DNA from: Sphyrna mokarran
Lineage: Eukaryota
NCBI GenBank assembly: GCA_024679065.1
Contig: JAGIQG010000009.1
Location: 42,098,001-42,162,000 of the forward strand
DNA length: 64,000 nt
Direction: 5' to 3'
In this document: positions 63,125 to 64,000 of the stretch, piece by piece
How the letters are laid out: every line of letters starts with the position of its first letter
Numbering within the stretch: the stretch's first letter is position 1
The notes under the pieces: generated by a model
Seen by the model: the letters and a program-made list of their open reading frames with translations, nothing else
What the model was told of the DNA's origin: nothing
The model's database searches: none
Program-made: the position numbers and the translations under genes

Positions 63125-64000
63125 CTAAAATAGAGATAGTAATTTTTCAAAAATGATCAGTCGCTGTTCCTGTTAAGACAAGTGAACTCAATACCCTGTC
63201 GCTCTTTTCAGAATAAAATTATATTTAGATGTATATGAGGAATACAAAACTTCAAAAGGGAAGCAGGCTGTTTATAATTTTGTTCCTTTTTTAAAAAAAA
63301 TTCACATTTTTTTCAAGTAGTCATTAGAAAGATATAACAGAATAAGTGCACACAAAATAAAAGTATATGCACTGCTTTTCCAAAGAGTCAGTAATGTTGT
63401 TCAGCAGTATGCAGATCAAGGAAGTTGCAGTTTTGCTCTTGGATTCTCCCAGATTAGTCAATGTTAACCAGTGAGAATGCTGCAATAAGGGTCAGGTTCA
63501 GACAACTACTCATTTTAAGTCATTTTTGTTCAGCAGTCTTGCTACTTTGTTTTCTGACACAAGCATGTGTGAGTAAAGATGTGGGTGCGAATATTCTAAG
63601 CTTTAAAATTTCCGGCGTAAATTGTTAATAGGTGGGAGGCTTGAGTGTATTCAATATAATTGTCCTCTTCACCAGGACCTAACTTTAAAATCTTCCTGAA
63701 GGTTAATAAAAGATTGAAATGTCTGCTTGTTGCACTGTGCATGTTGGTACGCACAAGCATTGGATAAAAAAAAAGTGCATGGAAACAAGTTTTCCATTTT
63801 TCACATTCACTTGTACAGTGAATGCTCGATGCACGGCAACATTCCCTTTAGTCTGCCACGACAATGTGATTTAACCCTGTAATCAGAAAGACACTGCAAT
63901 AATTTGATGTTTCGTTTTTCACATCATAGAGCCTATTCAGTGCTATTCTGTGCTGAACAGAGTATGATGTGGCCCAATAAGGGAGAAATTAAGTCTACCA

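Noticed and set aside
40869-64000. Preceding constitutive NFIA exon (...HHRPVITGPR)
   Set aside because: Not found by eye, so it is presumably beyond the right edge.

Overview
This is eukaryotic, CpG-depleted, repeat-rich vertebrate DNA. The repeats (HE1/V-SINEs, SacSINE1-like DeuSINEs, CR1, L2, RTE, Penelope-like and Harbinger fossils) point to a cartilaginous fish, probably a shark. The whole window lies inside one minus-strand gene, NFIA (nuclear factor I A). Three coding exons are unambiguous: 40868-40681, 22349-22184 and 19117-19026, about exons 8-10 by human numbering. They have canonical GT-AG sites and compatible phases, and encode the C-terminal proline-rich transactivation domain. 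I did not find the upstream exons or the terminal SWYLG exon in the window. Almost all entries in the ORF track are chance ORFs or decayed transposons. The leads most worth checking are: (1) a candidate frame-preserving 42-nt NFIA exon at 63083-63124; (2) a Penelope-like element folded into a roughly 370-bp-arm inverted repeat with minimal hammerhead-ribozyme cores; (3) a perfect NFI binding palindrome carried by a MITE inside NFIA itself; (4) an alternative in-frame donor (VGFLN); and (5) inverted SINE pairs around exons. I see no evidence for a wholly new multi-gene system. Repeat boundaries are approximate and family names come from pattern recognition, not database searches.
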